DNA of 63,481 nucleotides, filler included, from Octopus bimaculoides (taxonomy: Eukaryota): the NCBI RefSeq assembly GCF_001194135.2. It is 10 parts of 8 records of this genome, joined end to end, with 100 filler letters (N's around TTAATTAATTAA, not from the genome) between each part and the next. Parts side by side here need not be neighbours in the genome. Positions count along the whole stretch, not along the records: positions 19,758 to 24,557 come from NW_026422467.1; positions 24,658 to 27,621 come from NC_069005.1; positions 27,722 to 33,520 come from NC_068987.1; 7 more parts are not named here. One strand, given 5' to 3'. A program made the position numbers and the translations under genes. Below, piece after piece: positions 21,267-33,130 of the stretch. The notes under the pieces were generated by a model. The model did not search any database. It saw only the letters and a program-made list of their open reading frames with translations, and was not told the origin of the DNA. Position 1 is the stretch's first letter; each line of letters opens with the position of its first letter.

Positions 21267-24200
21267 TTGCGAGCATGGATGATTGCTAGTGGTGATCCGC
21301 CAAACAACATCATCACTGCTGCACTGAAGAGCAATGGCTTACACAGAATCACTGATCAGAAAGAGCGGAAGAAGAATGAATTCCTCCGATCCTATACGCT
21401 CATCAGACCACACATCGACACCCTGGATGTCATAATCGAAAACTATTCTGGAAAGGCTGATAAGGATGGAGAAGATGAAAAAGAAAAAACACCCGGAAGT
21501 CTCTTTGATCCAGTGGCTCCTCAAAAGAATGGATCACCCACTCCTGTGAATGACCAGGCAGAAAAGGATAGTGGAGCCAAGGAAGCAGCAACTAGAAACC
21601 CCTCTGTGCCAGTGGTCCTACAAAGGAACGGAGCCCTCACCCCATTGGACAACCAGAGGAAAAAAGTTCCCACCACAAGAAAAGGAAGAACGGAACACAA
21701 GCATAAAGAAGGAAAAGGAAAATGTAAAAATGAAACAACTAAAACCGAAGCCCTAATCCACCAAACAAAAAGTAGAAAACCCCAAGGAGGATCCAATGCC
21801 ATCCAAGACCCTACAAGAAAGAAGACATTTGGAAGGCAATCAAGAACCTGCAAATTTTACCTGTAAGGCAAATGTTAGCATGAGGAAGACGGCAAAAACT
21901 GCCGGTTTGCCCACCCAACACCCCGCCAAAACTACAAAGGCCTAAATGATAAAAACTTCCCTGAGGAAAGACAACAAATGTCTCCAAGGAAAAAATTCAC
22001 AAAAGAAGTGCTCTCTTCAGAGATTATACGCAACGCAGCAGCTGAGCAAGAGTCTTTTTTATACATGGCTCAAAAGATTGTGCAGCAGCTGACGTGGCTA
22101 CACCAAGCACAAACAAGGAACCTTGCCCACCACTGCGCAAGACCACCATAGTCAACAGACATGGGATGGCCTCCCCTAACGCCTGCACAGGCATCACGCC
22201 AATATTTTTACTAAATATTGGGGGCCTGTTGCATTATAATAATAAAAGCAAAATTTCTTTCCTGAGAGACCTTGCTGCATGCAATCAAGCCCTATGCATA
22301 GCACTTGTGGAAACTCACCTCAGCCCTGATATAGAGGATGCAGAAGTACACATACCAAAATATGTCATACTGCGAACAGACAGAAGGGAAAGGAGCCATG
22401 GTGGAGTTGCTATATACATCNNNNNNNNNNNNNNNNNNNNNNNNNNNNNNNNNNNNNNNNNNNNNNNNNNNNNNNNNNNNNNNNNNNNNNNNNNNNNNNN
22501 NNNNNNNNNNNNNNNNNNNNNNNNNNNNNNNNNNNNNNNNNNNNNNNNNNNNNNNNNNNNNNNNNNNNNNNNNNNNNNNNNNNNNNNNNNNNNNNNNNNN
22601 NNNNNNNNNNNNNNNNNNNNNNNNNNNNNNNNNNNNNNNNNNNNNNNNNNNNNNNNNNNNNNNNNNNNNNNNNNNNNNNNNNNNNNNNNNNNNNNNNNNN
22701 NNNNNNNNNNNNNNNNNNNNNNNNNNNNNNNNNNNNNNNNNNNNNNNNNNNNNNNNNNNNNNNNNNNNNNNNNNNNNNNNNNNNNNNNNNNNNNNNNNNN
22801 NNNNNNNNNNNNNNNNNNNNNNNNNNNNNNNNNNNNNNNNNNNNNNNNNNNNNNNNNNNNNNNNNNNNNNNNNNNNNNNNNNNNNNNNNNNNNNNNNNNN
22901 NNNNNNNNNNNNNNNNNNNNNNNNNNNNNNNNNNNNNNNNNNNNNNNNNNNNNNNNNNNNNNNNNNNNNNNNNNNNNNNNNNNNNNNNNNNNNNNNNNNN
23001 NNNNNNNNNNNNNNNNNNNNNNNNNNNNNNNNNNNNNNNNNNNNNNNNNNNNNNNNNNNNNNNNNNNNNNNNNNNNNNNNNNNNNNNNNNNNNNNNNNNN
23101 NNNNNNNNNNNNNNNNNNNNNNNNNNNNNNNNNNNNNNNNNNNNNNNNNNNNNNNNNNNNNNNNNNNNNNNNNNNNNNNNNNNNNNNNNNNNNNNNNNNN
23201 NNNNNNNNNNNNNNNNNNNNNNNNNNNNNNNNNNNNNNNNNNNNNNNNNNNNNNNNNNNNNNNNNNNNNNNNNNNNNNNNNNNNNNNNNNNNNNNNNNNN
23301 NNNNNNNNNNNNNNNNNNNNNNNNNNNNNNNNNNNNNNNNNNNNNNNNNNNNNNNNNNNNNNNAAACAGCCACAGAACGCTGCAAGATTGGACTCCTCTT
23401 CGAAAAGGATGGCTCCCTCACAGACAGTCCAACTAGGATCAGTGAGGTACTGAATGAGCAATTCAAAAGTGTCTTCACCACTCCGTTGGAGCACAGACAA
23501 GTGATCGAACCAGTGGACTTCTTTGCCGCCTCCCCTATAACCAGAGAGGCAGTTACGATGGAATACATCAACATTAGCGAAGAAGATGTACTACTATCTA
23601 TAGATGAAGTGGACACAAACTCAACTGCTGGTCCTGATGGTTTCCCAGCAATCCTCCTTAAATCGTGCAAGTATGCCCTGGTAAAACCCCTCCAGATCCT
23701 CTTACAGAGCTTTCTCGCAAATGGCTGACAGCCAAGCAAGCTGAAGGAAAGAATAATATGCCCGGATAGCCACTCTTGTAAGCTACGCAGACTATACGAA
23801 AGTCTCGCAGAAAATACAGAACTCCAGTGATGTTGCACATCTGCAGCAGGAGATGGACTCAATTTACAGATGGGCTGAGGATAATAATATGCAGTTTAAC
23901 GCTGAAAAATTCCAAGCCTTGGGCTACCAACATCCAAAACTGAATATGAAACTTACAGAGTACACTGGTCCGCAGGGAATTTCAATCCCAGAGCCGAAAT
24001 CAGTGAAAGACCTGGGTATCGACATGAGTGATGATACCTCTTTCCAAGTGCACATTACCAGGATGGCGACAAAGTGCAGACGACTGGCTGGATGGATCCT
24101 GAGAACATTCAGAACCAGAGATAAGGAAACCATGATGGTCCTCTGGAAGACATTCGTCCTCAGCCGCCTGGATTACTGCTCACAGCTATGGTCACCCACC

Positions 24201-24558
24201 AGTGCGAAATTAACAACAGACCTTGAAGCAATCCAGAGAAGATTCACAAAGAAGATTGTCTCTTTGCAACTGCTCAGCTACTGGGAAAGGCTGAAACAAC
24301 TAAGACTCTACTCCTTGGAGAGAAGGCACGAGAGGTATGCAGTAATATACATCTGGAAGATCCTGAAAGGAATTGTGCCAAATTTTGGTATTGAAAGCTA
24401 CACCAATACCAGAACGGGACGACACTGCATAGTGCCAAAGATCCCAGCAATGACATCACGCTTCAGGACCAGTTACTGCAACAGTTTGAGTTTCAGGGAC
24501 CCACAGCTTTTAATACTCTCCCAAAGAGCCTGAGGAACCTGCACAAAGTAGATGTAGN
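21267..24558 (+). mobile_element. Inactive two-ORF APE-type LINE (CR1/L2-like): ORF1 with CCCH finger, ORF2 APE + RT
   Basis: ORF1 ends in CKFYL*GKC*HEEDGKNCRFAHP. APE motifs: LLNIGGL, IALVETHL, RTDRRERSHGGVAIY. RT: STAGPDGFPAILLK, SYADYTK (YADD to YADY), WAEDNNMQFNAEK, VKDLG, LDYCSQLWSP, LYSLERR. Confidence 0.92.
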
Positions 24559-24658
24559 NNNNNNNNNNNNNNNNNNNNNNNNNNNNNNNNNNNNNNNNNN
24601 NTTAATTAATTAANNNNNNNNNNNNNNNNNNNNNNNNNNNNNNNNNNNNNNNNNNNNT

Positions 24659-24830
24659 GGGAGAATGTACGAAAAAACAACAACAGACGAGGACAGGTGG
24701 TGTAAACAACAAAAGGATGTATTAGTATGACGCTCGGGAATTCGGAAAGTCTTTAACGTTTCGAGCTACGCTCTTCAACAGAAAGAATACGGAGACAAGG
24801 AGAAAAAACACGGAGAAAAAAAATTGAATA
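24659..24830 (-). mobile_element. Penelope-like terminal repeat remnant
   Basis: Same repeat as 4460-4579 (+) and 60945-61093 (-); carries the hammerhead-like motif. Confidence 0.55.
24726..24784 (-). ncRNA. Putative minimal type I hammerhead ribozyme motif (copy 2)
   Basis: Minus strand: TTT-CTGTTGA-A-GAGC(GTA)GCTC-GAA-ACGTT...AGCGT-C-ATA. 4-bp stem II, 5-bp stem III with one G-U pair, GUC cleavage triplet. Confidence 0.55.
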
Positions 24831-25567
24831 GTGTTCAGTCAACGGTCAATCATAGTAATGGCTGACCGGAAGTTAGAAATTATACACAGGAGAGCTAAGA
24901 AAAGGGGGAGATAACAAAGGGGGGAGAGAGAGAACGGTGATCGAAGAACGAGGGGCTGTATGTGTGGGAGATAGAATGCTGGTGATCTTGACGTATGTAT
25001 GTGTGAAAATGGGGAAGGGAGAAAGGAGTTGGTCAGTTGTAGTGTGTGCGTGGTGTGATGTGATGTGAGGGTACATACATACATATATAATAAACCCTTG
25101 TATAGGAGTTAACCTTATTTTATAACTGAAGAATTATTATGTTCAACATAATAATGAGGATCTCACTGTGTAATTAAAAATAAAAATTACAGAAAAGACA
25201 ACCAAATGTTTATTTATTCATGATAATAAACTCATATATAGGAAATAACCTTATATAATAATTGAAAAATTATTATAATTAATAACATATACAATTATTA
25301 ATGGCTACGCTAGATAACTAAGGAATAAAAACAACGGATAAGATAATTAAATACTTATTTATTAAAATATTATACTCTTTTATAGGAACTAGAATTATTC
25401 TATGATAATTGAGAAATTACTATAATTAATAATATGCAAAGAGATGACAGAACTAAATAGACACATCGGTTTATACTTATTTAAACTTGGAAATGTTTAT
25501 ATTTTTTACTAATTGACATTTATTTTACTAATTGACATATTCAGGTTCTACATGTGACTGTTTAATC

Positions 25568-25775
25568 ATGCCATGTACAAAAGAGGCCTTGGAACTGTCT
25601 AAATTTCAATGAGGCCCTATTGTGTGTCGTCAGTCTGAAGGTGAACCTAGTCAGAATAAAATCGCAGAAAACCTTGGGATCTCACTTTCTATAGTTAATA
25701 GAGTGATTGTGCAATTCCCCAGGGAGGGCAATAAGTCCACATCACCTCGCCCAGGTCGACCAGAGACCCCTTCAC
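25568..25775 (+). mobile_element. Tc1-like transposase N-terminal HTH remnant
   Basis: [64 protein letters not shown], with the GRP motif after the HTH. Confidence 0.8.
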
Positions 25776-25802
25776 TTTGTTAAATAGAGTGTAGAGGATA
25801 TA

Positions 25803-25892
<90 letters not shown>

Positions 25893-25894
<2 letters not shown>

Positions 25895-26130
25895 TGTATG
25901 TGAGTGTGTGTGTATCTTTGTTTCTGTATTTGTCCCCACCACCACCGCTTGACAACCATTGTTGTGTTGTATACTTCCCTGTAACTTAGGGGTTCGGCAT
26001 AGGATACTGGTAGACTAAATACCAGGTTTTTAAAAAAATAAGTACCGCTGTCGATTCTTTCGAATAAAATCTTCAAGGTGATGCCCCAGTATGGCTGCTA
26101 TCTAAACACTGAAATAAGCAAAAATTAAAA
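25893..26130 (+). mobile_element. SINE family B, 3' half after (GT)n (25805-25892)
   Basis: TTTGTCCCCACCACCACCGCTTGACAACC...GTAACTTAGGGGTTCGGC...GATGCCCCAGTATGGCTGC. Confidence 0.78.
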
Positions 26131-26260
26131 AGTATAAGTTATAAATGAAAGAAGATGGTAGAATGCAAAGGTAATCGACAAAATTCTTAAAGAGGATGCC
26201 CCGGTTTAGTCACAGTACAATAACTGGAACCAGTAAAAGAAATAAGAAAATGCAAGAATG

Positions 26261-26460
26261 TACGGAGGGTGCTGGAAAGAAAATACAGGAGGATCAGTTA
26301 ATTATGATTTTACTCAATATATTTCCCTCTCAGATTCACACATTTATAGCAGCAATCCTTCAGTTTTTGTAAGCCCTGTAAAAGAGCTCGGAAGTTTGGG
26401 CCTCCAACCAAGCCTTCTGGGATACCCTTAAAGCCAGGAATGTTTCAGCACCCTCTCGTA
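26261..26460 (-). mobile_element. Internally deleted mariner-like element (200 bp) with TA-bounded TIRs
   Basis: Left end TACGGAGGGTGCTGGAAA; right end TTTCAGCACCCTCTCGTA. The minus strand encodes the mariner C-terminus QGLQKLKDCCYKCVNLRGKYIE*. Confidence 0.85.
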
Positions 26461-27109
26461 CATGTGTATTCGTGCTGCAGGTATTTCGAGTGTTCTCCAA
26501 TATCAATCGGTTTGTGTAAGGTTGTTACAAACATAACACGCAAATACTGCACACTTTGCAGGACGCTGGTGAAGGAATCACGCCACCTATGAGCATCTGA
26601 CAGCCAAAATTACAGTGTAAACTCTATCATACATATATCTTTCTTTTATCTTTTATATCTTTTTTCTTTCTGCTTTGCTTCAGTTATTGGACTGCAGCCA
26701 TAACGGGACAGCAGCGCCCATAAGGGATTTAGTTGAACGATTCAACCTCTGTGCTGCTATTTTTTTAAACTTGTAACTTATTCCATCGGGCATTTAAACA
26801 AACCGACACTCGTTTCTAAGCATATATATATATTTATATATAAGGCAAATAAGAAAATGGAGAGGATATACAATTGACAAACATCAGCCATTAAACATTC
26901 AATTATATCTATTTATTAAATGATTACAAAAACATGTGTGAGTGATACAAATTAACGAATGAAATAAGTCAGTAACTGCATAAACAGATACACACAAACA
27001 CATACACACACACACACACACACACATACACACACACACACACACATACACACACACACACACACAAACACACACATATATAGAAACAAATGAATATATN
27101 NNNNNNNNN

Positions 27110-27185
<76 letters not shown>

Positions 27186-27344
27186 TATTATATGTATTTA
27201 TTTTCTCCTGGTTAATAATTAACTCGGACAAAATAAATTGGTTAATAGATACCAGGGTAGCAAAGATCACAAAATGACTAGTGTAACTCCTGTTTATGAC
27301 GTAGAAACTCCTTATTATTTTGGGTACTTGAGTATATATAAATT

Positions 27345-27621
27345 TAGTGAATGGAGTAAAACGCATATATTAACTGAATACTTTTATTTCCAACATATGT
27401 TTCGAAGATTACAAATTATACCTTCCATAGGAATAGGTGATGTTGTTAAGAATGTAATTTTCTCTTCAGGGAAATGCATGGGAACCAGCTTGAACGTAGA
27501 AGAGAAGATTACATTCTTATCAACATCACCTATTCCTATGGAAGGTATAATTTGTAATCTTCGAAACATATGTTGGAAATAAAAGTATTCAGTTAACATA
27601 TGCGTTTTACTCCATTTACTA
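27345..27621. repeat. Near-perfect inverted repeat: 123-bp arms, 31-bp spacer
   Basis: Arms 27345-27467 and 27499-27621 with 4 differences counted by eye. Both strands encode the same peptide (TEYFYFQHMFRRLQIIPSIGIGDV). Confidence 0.95.
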
Positions 27622-27949
27622 NNNNNNNNNNNNNNNNNNNNNNNNNNNNNNNNNNNNNNNNNNNNTTAATTAATTAANNNNNNNNNNNNNNNNNNNNNNN
27701 NNNNNNNNNNNNNNNNNNNNNTATGTAGTGTTCTCACTACATGAATAAATGGAGCTTGTACGAAGCGTGCGTACTGCTATAACCTATTGAATTTTTGTTG
27801 CTTTTCTTCAAATTTTGTTCACCAAATCTCTTGATTTTGTTTTTGGTTTTTACCCTACCAAATTCTGGTGCCTCAAACATTTTAATTACCATATTTAATC
27901 TTTTGATTAAATCTATATTTTTATATATACACATATATAGACACACACA

Positions 27950-28180
27950 GGCGGCGAGCTGGCAGAAACGTTAGTACGCCGGGCGAATTGCTTAGCGGTA
28001 TTTTGTCTGCCGTTACGTTCTGAGTTCAAATTCCACTGAGGTCCACTTTGCCTTTCATCCTTTCGGGGTCGATTAAATAAGTACCAGTTACGCACTGGGG
28101 TCGATATAATCGACTTAATCCGTTTGTCTGTCCTTTTTTGTCCCCTCTGTGGGTAGCCCCTTGTGGGTAGTAAAGAAATA
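27950..28180 (+). mobile_element. SINE family A, well-preserved copy
   Basis: GGCGGCGAGCTGGCAGAAACGTTAG...GTTCTGAGTTCAAATTCC...GTACCAGTTACGCACTGGGGTCGATATAATCGACTTAA...GTAAAGAAATA. Confidence 0.9.
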
Positions 28181-28426
28181 ACACAATCATGCACACACAC
28201 ACACACATATATATACAAGAGTTCAGAATGGAGTGGGAAAATTCGGGTTACATATGTTTCAAAGCAAGTGGAACCTCGGAAATGGTAAATATCAAAGCAA
28301 GTTGTATACCGCTGGCTACTCTTCAGGCCAAGGATATCTTAATTTGATTAAAGGTCACATTGTCGCAAGCAGGTACATGCTGACACCAAGAAGATTCAAT
28401 CAGAACGTCTGAAGGCCACAGTATGT

Positions 28427-28469
<43 letters not shown>

Positions 28470-30000
28470 NNNNNNNNNNGTGTGCGTGTGTGTATGCATG
28501 TATATATGTATAAAACACCATTTACTCTGAAGCGAAATCGAAATGTAAATTTGTGAACTCATAAGCCTATTATGCCACCTGAAGAGGCTGTTTTACACTG
28601 TGCGTTGCATCTAGAGTTATTGCATCGTACTACGCCCACGCAGGAGCAGTGCAACTTGAAGCGAAAGCAGTTATTGTGCTAATAAATGCTGTTTGTTATC
28701 CTCCATCATCTCCATTAATCTTTAAAATATCCCTATGTGTATCCTGGAATTTCTGGTCGTAGATCCAACGATGAATGCAAAGTATCGCTGATGATACCTG
28801 ATAGTCATAAGTGGAGAACCTGCTCCGCAGACACACTACCTGGGACGTACCCTGAAGCTACATTTTACACCTACTTTCTAAACCTTAATTCTATAACTTT
28901 AAAAAATTCGAATGTCTCTTAAATTGTTGTATATATTTTACAAAGATGCCTATCATAAAAATATTTATTGAATCCATCAGTATCAATTATGGTAACAAAG
29001 AATCATGCAAATATATTGATATAAAAATAGAACAGAATCTAAATTAAAAGAAAAAACACGAAAACTGAACAATTTCATTTTAAACAACTTCACTTTAGAT
29101 GTGTGGAATAAAATAAAATAAAATAAAGCGGGTTCTTTTTTTTTTTCGCATGACAACATTGAAATAAGAACATTTTTATGTTTAGTTCAACTTACTGATT
29201 TCAGCGTTAAAGTAATTTCTGTACTTTTTTTAATAAAAAATAAAGTAGCAAAGATTTTACGGAGAAATAAAAAAAAATGTTAGCAAGAATATTATGGATC
29301 AATTTTCAATTTCACAAGAATTAATGTGGATCAATTTTCCAGATCACAAGGAATATTATGGATATGTTTCCGAGTTCAAAAGAATTCGTTTGGTGGAATA
29401 AAAGAAAAAAGAATTCAAAATATCCAGGCATGCTGACAAAAAAACAACAAAAAAATGAAAGAAAAAAAAATTAAAAAAAGAAAAAAAACCAAAAAAAATG
29501 AAAGAAAGAAAAAAAAACACATAAATAATAAATAGAAATGGTTAAAAAATTGAATATTTTTATTCACTGCAGCCTCACTTTGGGTTTTGGAAAGATGAGG
29601 TTTCATGTTTGATATAACAACAATGATATTCTGGTTTTTCATATACGAGGATGAACGATGCTGTCTCAAAGATTACTGCAGATTGTTTTCTAGTTTACAA
29701 GAGAAGAAGATCCTTTATGACAGAGGTAGACTGTTGCAAAAGGCTACATGTTTTTGTTACATCAACATATACACTTTTGAAAGCATTTGTAGCTTTTGAC
29801 CGCTTAAATGATCAGAGATCTATCCTTTTCTAAAATTCAGTGAGTGCTTTACTGTTTGACCGAATTTAACAAAAGTGCTTCTTTCATTGCGCCGGGCTCT
29901 TTAGTTAAATCAGTAATTTTACAGTTAAAATAGATGAATCTTGTCCGAAAATTATTGAGAAACTTACTGTTTAAATTTGATAAGATGCTTTATAAAAGTA

Positions 30001-32600
30001 CTAGCTGACCACGTGCCGTCAATAATGACGGCTAATTCTAGTATTTTATATATAAATAATGTACAAACTAAGGTACATAATAATCACACATACAAACATT
30101 CACACACTTCCCTTGTACACGCACACAGGTACACACGTATACTCACACAGAGTTGAAACGCTGATTTTTTTCACCTCTTCCCTCCTTATTCATATATCAC
30201 TCCTCTTTTCTCTCATTGCTATTACTTTCTATCACTCCCGCTCAGTCAGGCTATTACTCTCACTACTTCTCCTTCACTGAATTACTATTTTCTGTCCTCT
30301 TCCGTGTCTGGCGTAATTCTGAACAAATATATATATATTTATTGATGTCACTAATAGAGTCTTCTAAAATCTCTACTAATTTGTAGGAAGACAGCTATTT
30401 TGTTTTCATTCACTTTGTGATTCCACAACAGTAGCTTTGATCCATATACTGAAATCTTTTCTCTTGCTAAAACATCATTAATATTTTCTCTTTGCAATTT
30501 TCGCAAAGATATCATCTGAACACAAGACATATCTCAGCCAAATAGAGTTATAGAACATGTCTGGAGAAACAAAATTTCGATATATCAGAATTGTTTTAAT
30601 TTCAGTTTTCTCAACCTCACTTCTCGGTGACGATAGAGGAACATATCCAGCCTCACCATCGACAGGTAAATTGCTAAACAGTTGTGTGTTTAGTTCTGTT
30701 TGACATCAATGGAAATCTTGCCCCCATTTTTCATAGCAGCCTCTTTGCAACCAATGTCTGGCAATGAAGTATATCATAAGTGACATGAACTTTAAGGTAC
30801 TGCCATTTTTATACCAAATGTTGTAATAAATTTAGAAAATTCTGTTCTAGATTTCCGTCATTCTAAATATACAAGTATTGCTATATCAACTTTAAATTGG
30901 AAAGAATACAAGCATTATTTTTAAAAACATATGTGTCAGGTATAATAGAATTAAAATCCTCTTTTAATCGCAGAATAGAATTGCAAAATACGTATATTTT
31001 TTTAAGAAAAATTACGAAAATCTTCCTTGATTTGAATAAATTTATTTATCTAAAAAATTACTTTGCAACACGATAACTAGCGAACTTCTGTATGAATCAA
31101 AATATTTTTATACGAGTTTTCATTTTGATTACAATACATAAGAAGATGCTTCTAAAATTAAATCTATTCATTATATCTAATTATTTATAATAATACCGAT
31201 AATTATTCAGTCTTTATGTTCAGATCTAATTAAATCTGTATTTTAATATATAATTCAAAGATAAATATATAAGAATCAGTTAAATGAATTCATTTATCTT
31301 TTAATAAAAACGACAGAGAATTGAAACATGTTTATAAAAAAAATAATACATTAAAACGAAAAAGCAAACATGGACATTGAAAACAAATAAGCAAGTCATT
31401 AATATATTTTACAAGATTTTTAATTTCGTAATTTTTCTTAAAAAGTTTAAATATCAATTGCACATATTATTCTTTGCTCATCCTGGAGCTTAATCTTCCC
31501 TTATGTAACCTTGAGAATCACGTAACATAACACCATATGATCAAAACCTTAATTTGGAAAATTATTATACATATTCATATCAAAATATTTAATAATAATA
31601 ATATAGCTATGGAATTCGTTATCCTTATTGTATACTTTATCGATTGATAATTAGTTGATTCTCAGCTTTAGAAATTTATGAGCGATTCAGAATATAAAAA
31701 CAAAATATCCTTTTATAGTCTGGAGAGACGTAATATTTGTACAAGATTATTAATCATAGTTATTTTGTATATTTTATGTGAAATGCAAATGCTATAGGTT
31801 CAGTAGTTTTGAATGAAAAATATTCTTACTTTCTAAAATGTTCACACCTCATTTAATATAAAATTGTTTATAAAAAATAGTCTTACTCTCATGAGAATTA
31901 AGTAATGTAAAATTCAAATAAAATGGTGTAAATTTTCAACAATTTAATATGTAGAACAATGCGTCATTGATGTCACATTTCAAAACATAAATTTCAAAAA
32001 TATATTAACCCAAAATGTTAAATAATGACAGCTACTCTTCATTTCATGATTAAATACACAGATTTAGGGTCCCAGAAATTTGAGCCTCATGCCGCATACA
32101 TTATCACAGCTTGCAAATTTTTGGTGATGTATCTCAGTTTTGCGATACCTGCATTACACATTTTATGACGTTGACAGAGATATAGCTCAGAGAGTCAGCA
32201 GTTAGCGATTGACGTACTTCAGCAGACTAGTTGCCGTTCTTACCAGCTGTTTTGATTTACGTTGCTGTTATTCGAATAGTGATGCTGTTTAGACGTCATA
32301 AATGAGAATTTTCATAAAAATGCTGCCATTAAGATTCTCACATCAAAAGAATACAACAGACAGTGCTGCCCTCATTGCTACACTGAGTATATAAATTCAA
32401 AAATTTACAGCTCCCCTTCAAATGGAAGTAAACATCACTTCCATCATGACACCGTATATTTGTGAACTTTCAAATGTACACGTTCACATGGTGCGGAGCT
32501 AATCTATGTAAAGACATACCTCCAAATTCGAATACAGTTTGATATGTCCGACGCCCAAAATTGTCGGACCTTGAGTCAGTTTGTAACTTTTACACATTAT
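30001..32600 (-). mobile_element. Helitron-like non-autonomous element (3' end well defined, 5' end approximate)
   Basis: The minus strand ends GCCGTCA-TTAT-TGACGGC + 10 nt + CTAG|T, the canonical Helitron hairpin/CTRR terminus. A TATA-rich segment near 32600 could be the 5' end. Confidence 0.6.
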
Positions 32601-32641
32601 GTATATATGTATATGTATATATATGAGTGTATGCTTGTGTT

Positions 32642-32760
<119 letters not shown>

Positions 32761-32769
32761 TGGAGGGTG

Positions 32770-33130
32770 GAAATGTGGACAGATAAAGCTCTTCAAAGAC
32801 ACCTTCCAAGTCTCTTTGAAGAGATTTGAGATTAATCGCCAGACTTACAAAATTCAAGTGCAAGACTGCCCTGCCTGGTGAAAATGCATCAACAAATGTG
32901 TTACCTCCTATGAACAGAGTAGTATTGGAGGAATACAATGACAACGCAAACTGCGCATGTTCAGAGCCTAATCATTACCTACAATCCCAGCAGACTACCA
33001 GTGCCCGACCTACAGCCGAGCCCTCCGAATAGGCATCGAATTGATCAGCATCAGCCAGGCACACCATGTCCATTTTCTCCCATGTAATAACATTGGTCAT
33101 CGTCGACAACGATGAACGAATGAATGAATA
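32770..33130 (+). mobile_element. RTE-type LINE 3' end
   Basis: GQIKLFKDTFQVSLKRFEI...QDCPAW, then a degenerate C-x2-C...IGL.SH.R.H zinc-finger tail and a (GAAT)n terminus. Confidence 0.8.

Noticed and set aside
28737-28922. 61-aa ORF with C...W..C spacing reminiscent of a C-type lectin fragment
   Set aside because: Too short, lacks WIGL/EPN/WND motifs and has no splice context.
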